Assembly: GCA_951406725.2 (NCBI GenBank)
Contig: OX597823.1
Span: 99,944,001-100,008,000, forward strand
DNA length: 64,000 bases
Direction of reading: 5' to 3'
Source of the DNA: Octopus vulgaris
Taxonomy: Eukaryota
The notes below the pieces were generated by a model. That model made no database searches. It was not told the origin of the DNA and worked only from the letters and a program-made list of their open reading frames with translations. Shown here piece after piece: positions 58,830-64,000 of the stretch (position 1 is its first letter; each line of letters starts with the position of its first letter). The translations under genes were made by a program, and so were the position numbers.

Positions 58830-60365
58830 TTTATTGAAAACCAGCCAGAATATTTATCTTGGATAAAAGAAAGGGAAGAAACTAAGCAAATTGGTAAGAC
58901 TGATATTCACGGCTTCCGTTCAGATATTTTGAGGGGAGGAGAAATAAAGTGAATTAAGTCAAGTGTCATTGTCGTTTCGTTATTAAGTAGAAAAGCTGAA
59001 ACGTAAGACAAGTCAAGTGTCGTCTTTGAGTTAATTTGTGCTGATTTCAGCTGGAGTCAGTGATTATTAAGACGGGAATTTTCTGAGTGTAACGCCTTCC
59101 TTGTGGTTTGTGACTTTGTTTTCAAGTGAAAGAGATATCTCAATGGAGGTGAAAAGTTAGTGACTGGAAGACAGGATGCTGTGGTTCCAGGTTTGCTGGA
59201 GGAGCATGAAGTGAATTACAAGGTGGAGCTTGTTGAAAAATATCAAAATATGATCAAGAGGTGGGGATCTAACATGAAGTTAATCACCCAACGCCAGAAG
59301 AAGGAATGAAGAAAATGGAAAGGAGAGAGATAGTCTATGGAATGTTCTCCAAAAGCATGAAAAGAATAGAGATTGCGATGCAGGAAGAAGTGGAGGAGTG
59401 CCTCAAGGATATTATTGGCTTTTATACCAGAGGAAGAAGGTACGGCACAGTGGCGGTCACTTTTGTCTCCGAAGAGAAGGCAAGAAGGTACTCCACTGTG
59501 GCGTTACACTCGGAAGAATGGACACTCCTGCCTACCCACCTAGGCAAACGTGTTACCAGGGTCAGAATAGGTGGGATTCCAACTGAAATTGAACCCGAGT
59601 GGCTGATGGCAACGGTCCTCACCGTAGGAGAGGAAGGAAGAGATGAGGATGTGCAAATAAATTGATGGAGGTACGAGCTGGAGATTTTCTTCATGGTCAA
59701 CCAAGCAGAATATAGTGGAATGGGGTCAAGCTAGAAGTAATGCTGGAAGGAGGCTACCGACCTGCTATTCTTGTGGGGGAAGGGACATATCGAGAAAAGG
59801 CGTCCCGAACACGTAAAATAGGTTGCAGAAATAGAGGTACAGGACTTGGAAACGGAGTAAACGACCAGTGACATGGAACAGGAACCAGAATTAACAGAAG
59901 TAAAAAAAAAAAGAAAGAGAGAAAGGAGGAACGACGACAAAAGGAACACAAAACACAGGAGGCAGAAACAACGTACCCGCAGTATCACCAATAAAGTCAA
60001 ACACGGACACAAATCACTGAGCAAACACACACACACAAGACGTAGAGGAGGATAAAAATATATTTGGTAACGTATTGCACAGAAGAGAAAATTAAAAGAA
60101 AAATAACGAAAATGAAAAAAACTTACAAGAGTAAATTTAACAAAGGATTACGACAAAAAAACGATGTATATGTTAGTGAACAAACGAAGATTTAGAATGT
60201 TGAAAGAAACGATTCCACCAGAATGGAACCCAGTCAACAGGAGGAGGGAAGTGAACGCGGCCGCCCAGTGGCAGTATAAAATTTTATGAACAGTGACATT
60301 AGGGGGTAAGTAAAAATTAGACTGAATTTCCAGGAAAAAAAATTAGAGTAACAAAAATTCTGTTC
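58830..60365 (+). mobile_element. Decayed gag/ORF1-like retroelement segment (RRM-like region + CCHC zinc knuckle); no ORF2 seen
   Basis: ORF 59306-59665 (VTFVSEEKA..LGKRVTRVRIGGIPTEIEPEWL); after frameshifts VMLEG(R)LPTCYSCGG-GHIEKR(R<C)P at 59763-59803, resembling L1/Tx1-type ORF1; strongly purine-rich + strand. Confidence 0.6.
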
Positions 60366-60369
60366 TCAT

Positions 60370-63300
60370 AACTAAGCAGAAAAGCATAAAAATAAGCCAA
60401 GAATATACATGATGTTTCATGAATAACCAGAAGGGCTGAAACGTAAGCCAAGAATATACATGACGTTTCATGGAGAAGCAGAAGGGCTGAAACGTAAGCC
60501 AAGAATATACATGATGTTTCATGAATAAGATGAAGGGCTGAAACGTAAGCCAAGAATATACATGATGTTTCATGAATAAGATGAAGGGCTGAAACGTAAG
60601 CCAAGAATATACATGATGTTTCATGAATAAGAAGAAGGGCTGAAACGTAAGCCAAGAATATACATGATGTTTCATGAATAAGATGAAGGGCTGAAACGTA
60701 AGCCAAGAATATACATGATGTTTCATGAATAAGATGAAGGGCTGAAACGTAAGCCAAGAATATACATGATGTTTCATGAATAAGATGAAGGGCTGAAACG
60801 TAAGCCAAGAATATACATGATGTTTCATGAATAAGAAGAAGGGGTGAAACGTAAGCCAAGAATATACATGATGTTTCATGGAGAAGCAGAAGGGGTGAAA
60901 CGTAAGCCAAGAATATACATGATGTTTCATGAATAAGAAGAAGGGCTGAAACGTAAGCCAAGAATATACATGATGTTTCATGAATAAGATGAAGGGCTGA
61001 AACGTAAGCCAAGAATATACATGATGTTTCATGAATAAGAAGAAGGGCTGAAACGTAAGCCAAGAATATACATGATGTTTCATGAATAAGAAGAAGGGCT
61101 GAAACGTAAGCCAAGAATATACATGATGTTTCATGAATAAGAAGAAGGGCTGAAACGTAAGCCAAGAATATACATGATGTTTCATGAATAAGATGAAGGG
61201 CTGAAACGTAAGCCAAGAATATACATGATGTTTCATGAATAAGATGAAGGGCTGAAACGTAAGCCAAGAATATACATGATGTTTCATGAATAAGATGAAG
61301 GGCTGAAACGTAAGCCAAGAATATACATGATGTTTCATGAATAAGATGAAGGGCTGAAACGTAAGCCAAGAATATACATGATGTTTCATGAATAAGAAGA
61401 AGGGCTGAAACGTAAGCCAAGAATATACATGATGTTTCATGAATAAGATGAAGGGCTGAAACGTAAGCCAAGAATATACATGATGTTTCATGAATAAGAT
61501 GAAGGGCTGAAACGTAAGCCAAGAATATACATGATGTTTCATGAATAAGAAGAAGGGCTGAAACGTAAGCCAAGAATATACATGACGTTTCATGGAGAAG
61601 CAGAAGGGCTGAAACGTAAGCCAAGGATATACATGATGTTTCATGAAGAAGCAGAAGGGCTGAAACGTAAGCCAAGAATATCCATGATGTTTCATGAAGA
61701 AGCAGACGGGCTTAAACGTAAGCGAAGAATATACCATGATGTTTCATGAATAAGCAGAAGGGCTGAAACGTAAGCGAAGAATATACATGATGTTTCATGA
61801 ATAAGAAGAAGGGCTGAAACGTAAGCCAAGAATATACATGATGTTTCATGAATAAGCAAGAAGGGCTGAAACGTAAGCCAAGAATATACATGATGTTTCA
61901 TGAAGAAGCAGAAGGGCTGAAACGTAAGCCAAGAATATACATGATGTTTCATGAAGAAGCAGAAGGGCTGAAACGTAAGCCAAGAATATACATGATGTTT
62001 CATGAAGAAGCAGAAGGGCTGAAACGTAAGCCAAGAATATCCATGATGTTTCATGAAGAAGCAGAAGGGCTGAAACGTAAGCCAAGAATATCCATGATGT
62101 TTCATGAAGAAGCAGAAGGGCTGAAACGTAAGCCAAGAATATCCATGATGTTTATAAATAACCAGAAGGGCTGAAACGTAAGCCAAGAATATCCATGATG
62201 TTTCATGAAGAAGCAGAAGGACTGAAACGTAAGCCAAGAATATACATGATGTTTCATGAAGAAGCAGAAGGGATGAAACGTAAGCCAAGAATATACATGA
62301 TGTTTCATGAATAAGCAGAAGGACTGAAACGTAAGCCAAGAATATACATGATGTTTCATGAATAAGCAGAAGGGCTGAAACGTAAGCCAAGAATATCCAT
62401 GATGTTTCATGAATAAGCAGAAGGGCTGAAACGTAAGCCAAGAATATCCATGATGTTTCATGAAGAAGCAGAAGGGCTGAAACGTAAGCCAAGAATATAC
62501 CATGATGTTTCATGAATAAGCAGAAGGGCTGAAACGTAAGCCAAGAATATACATGATGTTTCATGAAGAAGCAGAAGGGCTGAAACGTAAGCCAAGAATA
62601 TACATGATGTTTCATGAAGAAGCAGAAGGGCTGAAACGTAAGCCAAGAATATACATGATGTTTCATGAATAAGCAGAAGGGCTCAAACGTAAGCCAAGAA
62701 TATCCATGATGTTTCATGAATAAGCAGAAGGGCTGAAACGTAAGCCAAGAATATCCATGATGTTTCATAAATAACCAGAAGGGCTGAAACGTAAGCCAAG
62801 AATATACATGATGTTTCATGAATAAGCAGAAGGGCTGAAACGTAAGCCAAGAATATCCATGATGTTTCATGAATAAGCAGAAGGGCTGAAACGTAAGCCA
62901 AGAATATACATGATGTTTCATAAATAAGCAGAAGGGCTGAAACGTAAGCCAAGAATATACATGATGTTTCATGAAGAAAGCAGAAGGGCTGAAACGTAAG
63001 CCAAGAATATACATGATGTTTCATGAATAAGCAGAAGGGCTGAATCGTAAGCCAAGAATATACATGATGTTTCATGAATAAGATGAAGGGCTGAAACGTA
63101 AGCCAAGAATATCCATGATGTTTCATGAAGAAGCAGAAGGGCTGAAAAGTCAGCCAAGAATATACATGATGTTTCATGAAGAAGCAGAAGGGCTGAAAGT
63201 CAGCCAAGAATATACATGATGTTTCATAATAAGCAGAAGGGCTGACGTAAGTCACGAATATCCATGATGTTTCATGAATAAGCAGAAGGGCTGAAACGTA

Positions 63301-64000
63301 AGCAAAGAATATACATAATGTTTCATGAAGAAGCAGAAGGGATGAAACGTAAGCAAGAATATACATAATGTTTCATGAAGAAGCAGAAGGGATGAAACGT
63401 AAGCCAAGAATATACATGATGTTTCATGAATAAGCAGAAGGGCTGAAACGTAAGCCAAGAATATACATGATGTTTCATGAATAAGCAGAAGGGCTGAAAC
63501 GTAAGCCAAGAATATACATGATGTTTCATGAATAAGCAGAAGGGCTGAAACGTAAGCCAAGAATATACATGATGATTCATGAATAAGATGAAGGGCTGAA
63601 ACGTAAGCCAAGAATATCCATGATGTTTCATGAAGAAGCAGAAGGGCTGAAACGTAAGCCAAGAATATCCATGATGTTTCTTGAAGAAGCAGAAGGGCTG
63701 AAACGTAAGCCAAGAATATTCATGATGTTTCATAAATAAGCAGAAGGGCTGAAACGTAAGCCAAGAATATCCATGATGTTTCATAAATAAGCAGAAAGGG
63801 CTGAAACGTAAGCCAAGAATATCCATGATGTTTCATAAATAAGCAGAAAGGCTGAAACGTAAGCCAAGAATATCCATGATGTTTCATGAATAAGCAAAAG
63901 GGCTGAAACGTAAGCCAAGAATATCCATGATGTTTCATGAATAAGCAGAAGGGCTGAAACGTAAGCCAAGAATATACATGATGTTTCATAAATAAGCAGA
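60370..64000. repeat. 51-bp tandem satellite, ~70 copies, continues past the window end
   Basis: Consensus aagggctgaaacgtaagccaagaatatacatgatgtttcatgaa(t/g)aag(at/aa/ca)g; 17-aa periodicity in the ORF track; no unique spacers. Confidence 0.98.

Noticed and set aside
60317-63989. Long minus-strand ORFs (452, 464, 440 aa) of 17-aa repeats
   Set aside because: They follow from a 51-bp unit (multiple of 3) lacking stops in two frames. They overlap in different frames, shift at indels and have no unique domain.
60370-64000. CRISPR-like appearance of a regular repeat with a variable slot
   Set aside because: No unique spacers, only a few recurring point variants; no cas genes; eukaryotic context.

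Overview
AT-rich, microsatellite- and repeat-dense animal genomic DNA. The SINE/RTE/Penelope/MITE repertoire looks like an octopod cephalopod; that is inferred from recall, not from a search. The only supportable host gene is the 3' part of a class IIa histone deacetylase (HDAC4/5/7/9-like) on the + strand. It has 14 phase-consistent GT-AG coding exons from 9413 to the stop at 37571 (548 aa in this window), covering the distal 14-3-3 site, the full deacetylase domain with catalytic Tyr (LEGGY) and the C-terminal NES. The 5' exons were not found and are presumably upstream of the window. Introns carry many SINEs, RTE-type LINE remnants, two Penelope-like GIY-YIG remnants and mariner/hAT/piggyBac-type MITEs. 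A SINE-poor stretch after the stop may be a very long 3' UTR and contains a ~1.95 kb (TA)n array. The window ends with a decayed gag/ORF1-like element followed by a >3.6 kb array of a 51-bp satellite, whose monomer also occurs just upstream of that ORF. Best leads: a tRNA-headed SINE carrying a hammerhead-ribozyme core, the ORF1/satellite link, two candidate 6-nt microexons, and a near-perfect intronic copy of the gene's own stop/3' UTR start. Most entries in the supplied ORF track are repeat artefacts.
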